DNA of 30,300 nucleotides from a virus. Its lineage: Duplodnaviria; Caudoviricetes. The position numbers were made by a program, and so were the translations under genes. Below the pieces are notes generated by a model. That model was not told where the DNA came from. It did not search any database and worked only from the letters and a program-made list of their open reading frames with translations. This document shows, one piece after another, positions 9,979 through 17,719 of this stretch. The DNA is taken from the IMG/VR virus record IMGVR_UViG_3300021197_000762, positions 1 to 30,300 of that record; one strand, written 5' to 3'. The stretch's first letter is position 1, and every line of letters starts with the position of its first letter.

Positions 9979-10223
9979 TATCCTCTGTACCCTCCTCCAG
10001 CTTTTTTATAAGCAGATGCAAGCATTTGAGCTTTTCTTGCTGACCATTGACCAGGCGCACCGCCTTTGCCTCCAGACTTTATGCGACTGAACAAGCGTTT
10101 CCTTAGTGCAGGTTTTGTGTAATTACCAGCCTCGTTTACACGGGACTTCTTTACCTTACCACCTGCTTTAAGGTTTTTAATTTTATTGGGAGACATCGCT
10201 CCCATTCCTCTGCTAGATAACAT
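9978..10223 (-). CDS. Small basic protein, resembles the N-terminal half of DUF5872
   Basis: NYTKP.LR...F..IK.G.KGG.PGQWSARKAQ.LA..YKKAGGGY. Confidence 0.7.
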   Translation of the reverse strand: MLSSRGMGAMSPNKIKNLKAGGKVKKSRVNEAGNYTKPALRKRLFSRIKSGGKGGAPGQWSARKAQMLASAYKKAGGGYRG

Positions 10224-10771
10224 TAGATCATTTTACCTCTTGTTTTGCCTTTTGTCGCTAGTCCATCTGCACGTTTAGACGCACCGCCAGCGGCTTTACC
10301 TTTGGCAATCATTCCTCCAGCAACATAACCCTTTTTCTTAGCCATGCCACCTTTTTTCATTAGTGTTGCTTGCGTTGGTTTTCTTTTTCCAGTTTTAAAC
10401 ATTTCTCTGGCTTCTTCTGCTCTAGCTTTAGCCCTTTGTTTAGCAGTTGTTGCTCGTTCCTGCTCTTTTATTTTTCTTTTTATCTCACTAGGGTTAACTT
10501 TCATTAGCATCTTTATTTGTTTCTCGGTCAAACCAGACCCTAATCTACCTCCAGCCTGATAACCTTTCTTGGTCATACCTCCAGCTTTCATTTTACCTTT
10601 ACCATCAACAGCAAAAGTAGGCACTTTCTTTCCTGTCTTAGGGTCTGTAGTCATAGGCATACCGCCTGCTCTGTAGCCCTTCTTCATCATGCCTCCGCCA
10701 GCCATACCCTTTTTTCTCATCATACCTCCGCCAGCCATAGTCATTTTCTTTTTCATTCCCATGCCTTTCAT
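10223..10771 (-). CDS. K/G/M-rich basic protein with repeated [MY]xxGG motifs
   Basis: Seven [MY]xxGG motifs and a C-terminal DGLATKGKTRGKMI. Confidence 0.75.
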   Translation of the reverse strand: MKGMGMKKKMTMAGGGMMRKKGMAGGGMMKKGYRAGGMPMTTDPKTGKKVPTFAVDGKGKMKAGGMTKKGYQAGGRLGSGLTEKQIKMLMKVNPSEIKRKIKEQERATTAKQRAKARAEEAREMFKTGKRKPTQATLMKKGGMAKKKGYVAGGMIAKGKAAGGASKRADGLATKGKTRGKMI

Positions 10772-10775
10772 AACA

Positions 10776-11441
10776 TTACTCCTTATATAAATTATTAAAA
10801 GTTTCTTCTGGATTCATATAGCTATCATCTTGCTCTGCACAATGAGTCCATTGACTTGGTTTAAAATCTGGTGCGCCTTCTCCTGTAGCCCAGTACGCAG
10901 GGCTTGTTACCCTTACTCTATTGTTAGGTAAGGCTACTACATTACCTTTCCATTGTCCGTCTGTCAGCACCATAACATGACTCTGTTTGTGTTGGGCTGG
11001 GTCATCTGCGACTTCGCTTTCGGTGTAGTCCACAGTGAAGAGATATCTCGATTGATGAAACTCTCCTGCGATTTTACATAACCACGGGCTTGGTTTACAT
11101 CTGTTGAGAGATACGATTGAGTGGGTGTGTGACGGACAGTCCCAAGGTTGGACGAGGTGCGTTTCCATTCTTTCTGGGAATTCTTCCACAGGAATGTCTC
11201 CAACCAATGCAGTGATGGGCATTCTTGCCCACATTGCTCCCCCGTGTACATTTTCTTGGCTTCCGTCATCTGCTTCACATCCTGTGAAGATGATTTGAAA
11301 ACTGAGGCATCGATCTGGCATGGTTGTAACAGCCACTGCCAATCCGTGAACAAACTCCCCGTGATAGTTTTCATGCCCATTTGTAAATTCCTTCCTTACC
11401 CAAACTTTAAAATACGGAATATTGCTAATTAAATACGCCAC
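10776..11441 (-). CDS. Conserved phage hypothetical protein
   Basis: 221 aa, GGAGGT RBS; MAYL.SNIP, GGAMWARMP, QPWDC, QHKQSHV and ALPNNR motifs. Confidence 0.8.
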   Translation of the reverse strand: MAYLISNIPYFKVWVRKEFTNGHENYHGEFVHGLAVAVTTMPDRCLSFQIIFTGCEADDGSQENVHGGAMWARMPITALVGDIPVEEFPERMETHLVQPWDCPSHTHSIVSLNRCKPSPWLCKIAGEFHQSRYLFTVDYTESEVADDPAQHKQSHVMVLTDGQWKGNVVALPNNRVRVTSPAYWATGEGAPDFKPSQWTHCAEQDDSYMNPEETFNNLYKE

Positions 11442-11470
11442 CTAAACACCTCCAAGTTATAGTTTAAACG

Positions 11471-11767
11471 TTATTTCTTTGCTTTCACACTGTTAATGTA
11501 CCTCCTATATACACCAGCAGCATCTTTCTTACCCATCACCCTCGCTCTTTGTTCCATTGCAATAGCTGCTTGAATCTTGTGAGCCTTTGAGCGACCACTT
11601 CCTCTAATCTTTGTAACACTTTTAACTGCATCATCTTTTGTAGCAAACTTTAACCCTCTTATAGTTCCTTTAGGATTTTCATCAGTATACAAATCCGAAT
11701 GTTTTTTTGATCCAGCAGGTTGTCCTTTCTTTCTGGGTATTCTAGGATTTGTTTTTTTTACAACCAT
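11471..11767 (-). CDS. Small basic conserved protein
   Basis: KHSDLYTDENPKGTI.GL.F and HKIQAAIAMEQRA; GAGG RBS. Confidence 0.75.
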   Translation of the reverse strand: MVVKKTNPRIPRKKGQPAGSKKHSDLYTDENPKGTIRGLKFATKDDAVKSVTKIRGSGRSKAHKIQAAIAMEQRARVMGKKDAAGVYRRYINSVKAKK

Positions 11768-11782
11768 ATTTTGCCTCTAAGT

Positions 11783-12328
11783 TTAAACAATCTTTCCTTT
11801 GGTTTTACCTCTGACTGCTATGCCGTCCATTTTATTTACTTTACCTCCAGCTTTAAATCTTGGTTTAGAAGGACGCATAGATTTTCTTTTTATCCCTTCT
11901 TTATTTAAAAAGTTAACTCTTTCAACCCCAGTTAAACCCATACTATTTGCCATTTGTACTGGAGTTTGATTGCGTGAAGTATTTGGCTTTGATGCACTTT
12001 TATTCACTTTAGATTTACTACCAGCAAATTTTTCTACATCTTGCAGAGTTACTCTGCGACTGGGTTTGGATTGATTGACGTTTGTTTTAGGAGCGTCTTT
12101 TTTTGGTTTTGAATCTTTTCTTCTTGTTAAACCTCGTTCAGCGTTTAAATAGTCACGCAAGTTATCAAATCCCGAATCTTTTAACATCTTTTTAGTTACT
12201 ACTTTAGATGTTTTTGGTGATTTAGCTTTACCAAAATAGTCACTACTTGCGTCTCTGACTTTTTCAGCCATAGACTTTTTTTTCTTTTGAAAATAACTAC
12301 TGGTTGGTTTTTTGTTATAGCTACTCAT
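11783..12328 (-). CDS. Lys-rich protein with FKAGG and C-terminal DGIAVRGKTKG motif
   Basis: The likely start is the ATG at 12328, directly after the upstream stop at 12330; the track start at 12391 overlaps the upstream gene. Confidence 0.75.
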   Translation of the reverse strand: MSSYNKKPTSSYFQKKKKSMAEKVRDASSDYFGKAKSPKTSKVVTKKMLKDSGFDNLRDYLNAERGLTRRKDSKPKKDAPKTNVNQSKPSRRVTLQDVEKFAGSKSKVNKSASKPNTSRNQTPVQMANSMGLTGVERVNFLNKEGIKRKSMRPSKPRFKAGGKVNKMDGIAVRGKTKGKIV

Positions 12329-12329
12329 T

Positions 12330-12566
12330 TTACTTCTCCCAAAAAAATTGTTGTATTGTAAGTACAAAAGCGGCAACAGCCCCTCCTGCACCTGCTGCCC
12401 ACATTAAGGTTCTCCAACCGCCTTTAGCTTCTGATAACATCTTGTCTATATTAGCTAAAGACTTTTTAATCTGTTCAATATCTGCTTTCATCTCATCCAT
12501 ATCATCTTGAATATGTTTGATCTCATTAGCCTGAACAGCCACTTCGCTTTTAATATCTTTTTCCAT
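12330..12566 (-). CDS. Coiled-coil protein with C-terminal TM helix (XhlA/holin-like)
   Basis: Heptad N-terminus, KGGW and a hydrophobic tail; ATG at 12566 in a TAATG overlap. Confidence 0.7.
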   Translation of the reverse strand: MEKDIKSEVAVQANEIKHIQDDMDEMKADIEQIKKSLANIDKMLSEAKGGWRTLMWAAGAGGAVAAFVLTIQQFFWEK

Positions 12567-12856
12567 TAGCACTTCCATCGCTTTCTCGCTTGACGTAAAC
12601 GGCTATTTGGATTTTTTGCTGCCTTGGGAAATTGTTTCATTTGACCTGCTGATCTAGCACAAAACGACTTGCGTCTTTTTGCATCTTTAGAACCAGGTTT
12701 AACCTTGCCTGTTACGGCTGTTTTTAATTTAGAACCAGGATTAGCTTTACGATAAGCGGCTACTCCTTTCTTGGTCATACCAGCCCCCTGTTTAGTCTTG
12801 CGAAAATTGCCAGACTTCACAGAGGTTTTGATACCCATTCCTTTAGACTTAGCCAC
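12566..12856 (-). CDS. Small basic protein (DUF6321-like)
   Basis: G.T.KG..AY...NPGSKLK, RRKSFCAR and PNSR......W.C motifs. Confidence 0.7.
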   Translation of the reverse strand: MAKSKGMGIKTSVKSGNFRKTKQGAGMTKKGVAAYRKANPGSKLKTAVTGKVKPGSKDAKRRKSFCARSAGQMKQFPKAAKNPNSRLRQARKRWKC

Positions 12857-13442
12857 AATACAACGTCAGGTTAGTAATGTTAGTTAGCGTCACAATTGCA
12901 TAACTATTATTTTTACTTCCTGTAGTTAATAATCCATTTTCAGGCAAAGTTAAATGACTAGACTCAACAATTCCAGTAGGAGAATTAATCTCTAAAATAG
13001 GAAGAGTTGAATCTTCGTTGCTATTAACAATAATAGAACCTGCGGCTGTTGGTGCGGCATAGTTAAATGCTTTAATTCTAGTTCTAGGAAGAGCTAAATC
13101 TCCTCCAAAACCAATTTGAATAGTGCCAACCGAAGTCCCAGAGTCTACTTCAAAAGAAAGAAGCTCTGCGTAATAGTTAGTGGTAAATACGGTAACAGCA
13201 CTTTCTCCCCCTGCAAGGGTTTCAGTGACGGTTGTTCCGCCTAAATCACCAACCACAAAACCAGCGATATTATAGTTAGTGCTAGAATCATCTCCTGCAC
13301 TGTTTTGCACAGAAACTTTATATCCAGCACCATTTCTAGCTGGGATATTCTTGAGTAGCGTTAAAGCTCCTGTAGCAGTTGCTGAAGCAAAATAAAAATT
13401 ATCGTCAGAGGAAGGTGTAATAGCAAATACATCTGATTGCAT
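12849..13442 (-). CDS. Virion structural protein (head-associated)
   Basis: Beta-rich S/T/G composition, GAGGAG RBS, located after the capsid genes. Confidence 0.7.
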   Translation of the reverse strand: MQSDVFAITPSSDDNFYFASATATGALTLLKNIPARNGAGYKVSVQNSAGDDSSTNYNIAGFVVGDLGGTTVTETLAGGESAVTVFTTNYYAELLSFEVDSGTSVGTIQIGFGGDLALPRTRIKAFNYAAPTAAGSIIVNSNEDSTLPILEINSPTGIVESSHLTLPENGLLTTGSKNNSYAIVTLTNITNLTLYCG

Positions 13443-13455
13443 AATTTACTCCTCA

Positions 13456-13968
13456 TTAAATAGTATAAAATCCGCCAGCGGAAGCAGGTTGTCTGTATTC
13501 AACTGTAGCCACTGCATCCCCTAAAGTTCCTAAATTTGCCGCAGAAGCAGGGAAAAAAGTTCCTACAACTTGTAAATCTGTTGACCCTACATTAATTGAT
13601 GCAGATGCCATCGCAGAGCTTCTTACATTTGTTATAGATGTAATGTCAGTGCTTCCTAAAAAGGACGCATCTGCTGTGCCTGTTCCGATAACAAAAGTAG
13701 CTGCTGCACACGCACTCACAGCCTCAAAAACATTTAGATATACATTGGTAATTTGTGATCCAGCAGGTAAGGTAGCTATAACTGTTGAAGCGGTAGCCCC
13801 AACTACATCAACTCTTGCTGATTGAGACAACAAGACAGCACCCATATTATTTACATCTGTACCTACGGTAGTTCCTGTAGTGGTTTCAATAGTTCCACTT
13901 TGTACCTGCCCTAAAGAGGTAACGCCAGCATCTGATTTTACTGGTCCTGAAAAGGTAGTAGTACCCAT
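13456..13968 (-). CDS. Head fibre / capsid-associated protein
   Basis: MGTTTFSGPV N-terminus typical of the gene after the MCP in this phage type; AAGGAG RBS. Confidence 0.75.
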   Translation of the reverse strand: MGTTTFSGPVKSDAGVTSLGQVQSGTIETTTGTTVGTDVNNMGAVLLSQSARVDVVGATASTVIATLPAGSQITNVYLNVFEAVSACAAATFVIGTGTADASFLGSTDITSITNVRSSAMASASINVGSTDLQVVGTFFPASAANLGTLGDAVATVEYRQPASAGGFYTI

Positions 13969-13974
13969 TTAATT

Positions 13975-14056
13975 CTCCTTGTGTAGTAGCACATTTTCAC
14001 ACTATCTCTACTACGTCTGCTAGGTCAGTTAGTGTGAATAAAAAAACCCTAGATTA
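13975..14056 (-). ncRNA. Structured RNA downstream of the capsid gene, candidate Mu-gpT-DE motif
   Basis: Three interleaved helices: CUAGG/CCUAG, UUCACACUA/UAGUGUGAA and GUAGUAG/CUACUAC. The position downstream of a Mu gpT-like gene fits the described Mu-gpT-DE motif; identity was not tested with a covariance model. Confidence 0.6.
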
Positions 14057-14078
14057 CAGGGGGCGTTTAAACCCCCTT
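14040..14078 (-). terminator. GC hairpin after the MCP, possible weak or atypical terminator
   Basis: AGGGGG-loop-CCCCCT stem (14058-14077). The U-tract (14040-14046) is displaced by about 11 nt, so it is not canonical. Confidence 0.4.
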
Positions 14079-14091
14079 AATCGTCAATCAA

Positions 14092-15000
14092 TTACGCACC
14101 TGGTGATCCGAAGATTCCCAATGGATCAGAAAATCCGAAGGAATATCTCTCACGGGCTTTATAACGAACATTACCTGTATCAAAGTCACCTTCCATAGAA
14201 GTAGACATTGGTGTACGGACAAAATGCTTTAATCCGTTAGGAATATCAGTTGTAATAAAGTAAGCGTCACTATCTGTTAAGAAGTGGTTTACTCCATAGC
14301 CCTCTGGAATTGCTCCCATTGTGCGAATAGCGTTGATGTCGTTATCAGCAGTTGCTGTACGAAGCTCTGAATCTAACAAACGAGTAGCAACGAACATTAA
14401 AGCTGGCGGAACAATTAGCTTACGGGGTTTAGCCGCAATCAATAATCCACGCTCGTCAGTCCATCCTGCTATCTGAATAATATGAGACTCCAAAGAAGTT
14501 TCATTTAAGTCAGTTGCAGTTGCTGGTGTGTTTGAGTTAGTTCCGCCTGATGTAAGAGGGTGTGCTGTAGAAAATAAAGCAACTCCATCTCCGCCAGTAA
14601 ACGCTGCATCAAAGCCGTTGTTAAGAACATTTGCTGCTTTAACCTGCTTTGTATAAGACATAGCACGGGCTAGAGCCTTGGTATAACGAGCAGATAAAGA
14701 ATCATAAAGGTTATCCTCTACAGCTTCTTCAGTGATCGCAAAACCAAGTGCAATTGTTTCATGGTTGTATCTAGCGGTGTATGCTTCTTGAGCATTGTCA
14801 AAAGCAATAGCTGCTCCCTCGTCTTTGACGGGAGCGGCTGAAAAGCCAGATAGTTTAGTCTCCTCCTCGAAGGAACGCTCGGAAGTTTCTGTTTCAAAAA
14901 TTTCCTTATGCTCTTCTCCGTACTTTGCGTACTCAAGACCAAATAAAGCATTCAGTCCTGGAAGGAGTTCTTTAAGTAGTTGTGGGCGACCTATAGCCAT
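14092..15000 (-). CDS. Major capsid protein (HK97 fold, Mu gpT-like)
   Basis: L.KEL.PGLNALFG.EY, S.R.FEE, GDG..L....HP, P..LIVP..L and R.R.SFG..DP.G..GS.G motifs. Confidence 0.92.
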   Translation of the reverse strand: MAIGRPQLLKELLPGLNALFGLEYAKYGEEHKEIFETETSERSFEEETKLSGFSAAPVKDEGAAIAFDNAQEAYTARYNHETIALGFAITEEAVEDNLYDSLSARYTKALARAMSYTKQVKAANVLNNGFDAAFTGGDGVALFSTAHPLTSGGTNSNTPATATDLNETSLESHIIQIAGWTDERGLLIAAKPRKLIVPPALMFVATRLLDSELRTATADNDINAIRTMGAIPEGYGVNHFLTDSDAYFITTDIPNGLKHFVRTPMSTSMEGDFDTGNVRYKARERYSFGFSDPLGIFGSPGA

Positions 15001-15012
15001 TTAAAAATCTCC

Positions 15013-15846
15013 TTAAACTGCTGTAGCATCTTGATAAGAATGAATTGCAAAATTCAACTTAACAAGCACTTCAGGGAATTGAGTGAACACGATTGTTGAG
15101 CTTGCTGGTATAGCTGTTACGCTACCAGGCACTGCAATCGCAGAATTAATGGTTACTGATGTTGCTCCAGCAGCGGCTGCGGCAGAAACAAAAGAACCTG
15201 TTTGAATTGTGTTACCACTTGAATCCAAATAAGCTACATCTGTACCAATAACAAGTGCTTCAGGCAATGCCGTGCAAGTAATTGTTGTTGAAGAAGAAGA
15301 ACCAACTGCTGTAACACTTTTCTTTGTGTCTTCTACTAAACCAACTATTCTTACTGGGAATGTGCCTGTAGTCAGAGTATTACCCTGATCAACAGCGTTT
15401 TTAGAGTTTCCTGTTGCTGTGCTACCTGTGTTATTAAGCATAGCTTGATTTTGTCCAACCAAAGCTCTACTTCCAGAAGCTACTGTTGTTCCAGCGGAAC
15501 AAATAACAGCTTTATACACAACATTAGGGTCATCGGAAACATAAGCCATCATATCTCCAGCATTAGTGCCGCTAGGATAATACTGCGAAAATGTTTTTTG
15601 TTTGGTATTTGGGTCTGTATAAGAACATCCCAAAAAGACTCCAATTAAACCTGCATCTCCTCCTCCTGATGTAACAGAAAGACGAGTGATACTTCCACGG
15701 ACTATTGCTACAAAGTCTCCGTAAAAAATATCCGTTGCAAATCCATATTGAATAGGCAACTGTCTGGTTGACCCAGCAAAGGGCAAACCACCTATGAGGT
15801 TAATTGGCTTTAGCCCGAAAGGGGCATCAACTGTAGGGTAAGCCAT
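15013..15846 (-). CDS. Capsid decoration / cement protein
   Basis: D.PFGL.P, IF.GD.V, GVF.GC.Y and V.DDP motifs; directly upstream of the MCP. Confidence 0.7.
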   Translation of the reverse strand: MAYPTVDAPFGLKPINLIGGLPFAGSTRQLPIQYGFATDIFYGDFVAIVRGSITRLSVTSGGGDAGLIGVFLGCSYTDPNTKQKTFSQYYPSGTNAGDMMAYVSDDPNVVYKAVICSAGTTVASGSRALVGQNQAMLNNTGSTATGNSKNAVDQGNTLTTGTFPVRIVGLVEDTKKSVTAVGSSSSTTITCTALPEALVIGTDVAYLDSSGNTIQTGSFVSAAAAAGATSVTINSAIAVPGSVTAIPASSTIVFTQFPEVLVKLNFAIHSYQDATAV

Positions 15847-15872
15847 AATATTTTATTCTCCACAAATTAAAC

Positions 15873-16313
15873 TTATCCTCTTTTGCCTCTTGTTGTTGTG
15901 GACTTGCGTTCACTAAACATTGGCATACGAGGATCATTTTGTCTCATCAGGTTGCTGTCTACGGCTTCCGATTGTTGAGAAGTTTTATTAGAGTGATGTT
16001 CTTCTCTGGACTTCTTGTATTCAACCGACTGCTTCATAAGCATCAACCCACCAATTTCATAATTACCCTTCGCTTTTCCATAAATAGGAATCTCAGGATA
16101 ATCTTCTATCTGGCAAGGCTTCCATCCTTGTTGTAAATGAGCCATCATATTACGCTCATCTTTTTGCCCCATGATTTCAAATCTTACATATTTGTGTGTA
16201 AGACCTGGTCTTGGGTTAGGTTGTGGCAAAACAGATGGGTCTGTGTATCTGTCTGTATTTTTGCGTGTGTCTAGTTCACGAACTTCTGTATCTCGATTTT
16301 TACGATCAACCAT
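15873..16313 (-). CDS. Conserved head-module protein
   Basis: L..P.P..G....VR, GW.P, GGL.L.K and DPRMP motifs; between scaffold and decoration genes. Confidence 0.75.
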   Translation of the reverse strand: MVDRKNRDTEVRELDTRKNTDRYTDPSVLPQPNPRPGLTHKYVRFEIMGQKDERNMMAHLQQGWKPCQIEDYPEIPIYGKAKGNYEIGGLMLMKQSVEYKKSREEHHSNKTSQQSEAVDSNLMRQNDPRMPMFSERKSTTTRGKRG

Positions 16314-17193
16314 TAGCCTGCTCCTTCATAACGTGTTCAGCATACTTCTCAAGGGGAACTCCAAGTCTTTTAGCAATACTGACTTGAGTTTTTGTGAGTT
16401 TTACTTTTGTTGAGCCAGATGATCTAGATGCTGGAGCTACAACATTTGCGGGTTTTCTCGTCCCGAATTTTTCTGGAAAGTTTTCTCTCATAACCGAATC
16501 GATTTGAGTAAAATACTCTTCAGTCCCTGCTTGAACACCTTTGGCGACCAATTGATCGTGTACACCGAATGCCGCACCTCTCATTACTGCGTCAGTCTCA
16601 AACCAACGATTGTTTTCTACCCATTGTTTAGTGCGATCATCAGGTATTACTTGTTGTTGTACAGGATTTTCTTGCTGTTGTAAAGGGGCTTGATAAACAG
16701 GTCTATAAGTTTCTACTTCCCTTTGCTGAACAGCATATCTAGCAATATCTTTTTGAGCCTTAACCATCTTATCAGGATCGCCTGCTTCATAAGCGTCCTT
16801 ATATTCTTTTTCTGCTTGTGAAATCCTTGCATCTACACGCTCCTTCTGGCTTTCGACCAAAACAGTTTCTCCATTTTTTAACTGCTCTTGAAGTTTTTTA
16901 TTTTGATCTTGAATCGACTGAGCATAATTCATAGCTTCTTGTTGTTCTCTTAGAAACTTTTCTTTTTCTCTACGCTCATCGTGATACGCACGTTTTAACT
17001 GATTAATTCTTTTTTGTACGTTAGTGCTGTACTGTTCTATTTCTTCTTCTGGAACATCTACATCTCCCAGATGTTTTTTGTTTTTATCTTCTTCTGGTGT
17101 GTCATCAACAATTTCTAAATCTGCTTCTACATCTGTTGCATTTTTAGGTTGATCTTCTTCCAATTCGTAGTTAACTTCTTTTGCTTCTTCCAT
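16306..17193 (-). CDS. Capsid scaffolding protein
   Basis: Acidic N-terminus, long coiled coil, W...N.WF and C-terminal LT..Q..IA.RLGV....YA; AGGAGG RBS. Confidence 0.8.
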   Translation of the reverse strand: MEEAKEVNYELEEDQPKNATDVEADLEIVDDTPEEDKNKKHLGDVDVPEEEIEQYSTNVQKRINQLKRAYHDERREKEKFLREQQEAMNYAQSIQDQNKKLQEQLKNGETVLVESQKERVDARISQAEKEYKDAYEAGDPDKMVKAQKDIARYAVQQREVETYRPVYQAPLQQQENPVQQQVIPDDRTKQWVENNRWFETDAVMRGAAFGVHDQLVAKGVQAGTEEYFTQIDSVMRENFPEKFGTRKPANVVAPASRSSGSTKVKLTKTQVSIAKRLGVPLEKYAEHVMKEQANG

Positions 17194-17202
17194 AACGCCT
17201 CC

Positions 17203-17556
17203 TTAAACACGGGCGATGATTCGTGGGTCTTCTACAACAGCCTCCACTACGTCATCGTTAATTAAACGAAACTCCTGCTCACCTTTTTCACTGGCAATTT
17301 TAAATCGTGTGCCAGAATACGATCTCATAATTACAAAATCTCCTTCTTTGCAATAAGCTCCATTAGGAAATCTGTCTTTATCTTTATATGCCTGATCACC
17401 TAATTTGATAACCAAACCTATAATTGAAGCCACCTCTTCTCTTCTTTTTAGATTATCAGGACGCACAATATCAGAGTTTTCAAACTTTTCATTTAACTCT
17501 GGTATTGCAATTAGTATTTTAAAACCCTTCGGTTCTGGTAACTTCATTTCACTCAT
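17203..17556 (-). CDS. groES: GroES/Cpn10-like co-chaperonin
   Basis: P.G..ILI, G.V...G..AY, K.GD.V....Y.GT and RLINDD.V.AVV motifs. Confidence 0.85.
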   Translation of the reverse strand: MSEMKLPEPKGFKILIAIPELNEKFENSDIVRPDNLKRREEVASIIGLVIKLGDQAYKDKDRFPNGAYCKEGDFVIMRSYSGTRFKIASEKGEQEFRLINDDVVEAVVEDPRIIARV

Positions 17557-17719
17557 CAGGCAAATCCTCCAAATATTTGATTACACGTTGAAGACCTTTT
17601 ATCTCTCCAGTAAGACGGTTGTATTCCTCCATACTTTTTACTGGATTGAATGCTAATGAATCAATAATATTAGCTTGGTCTTCACTTATCTGTTTGAGCA
17701 ACAACTCCCTCAAGTCCAA
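17549..17719 (-). CDS. Small conserved protein between portal and GroES (56 aa)
   Basis: TTG start with AGGAG; MDLRELLLKQISEDQANIIDSLAFNPVKSMEEYNRLTGEIKGLQRVIKYLEDLPDE, with the Y...G.I.GL motif. Confidence 0.7.
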   Translation of the reverse strand: MDLRELLLKQISEDQANIIDSLAFNPVKSMEEYNRLTGEIKGLQRVIKYLEDLPDE

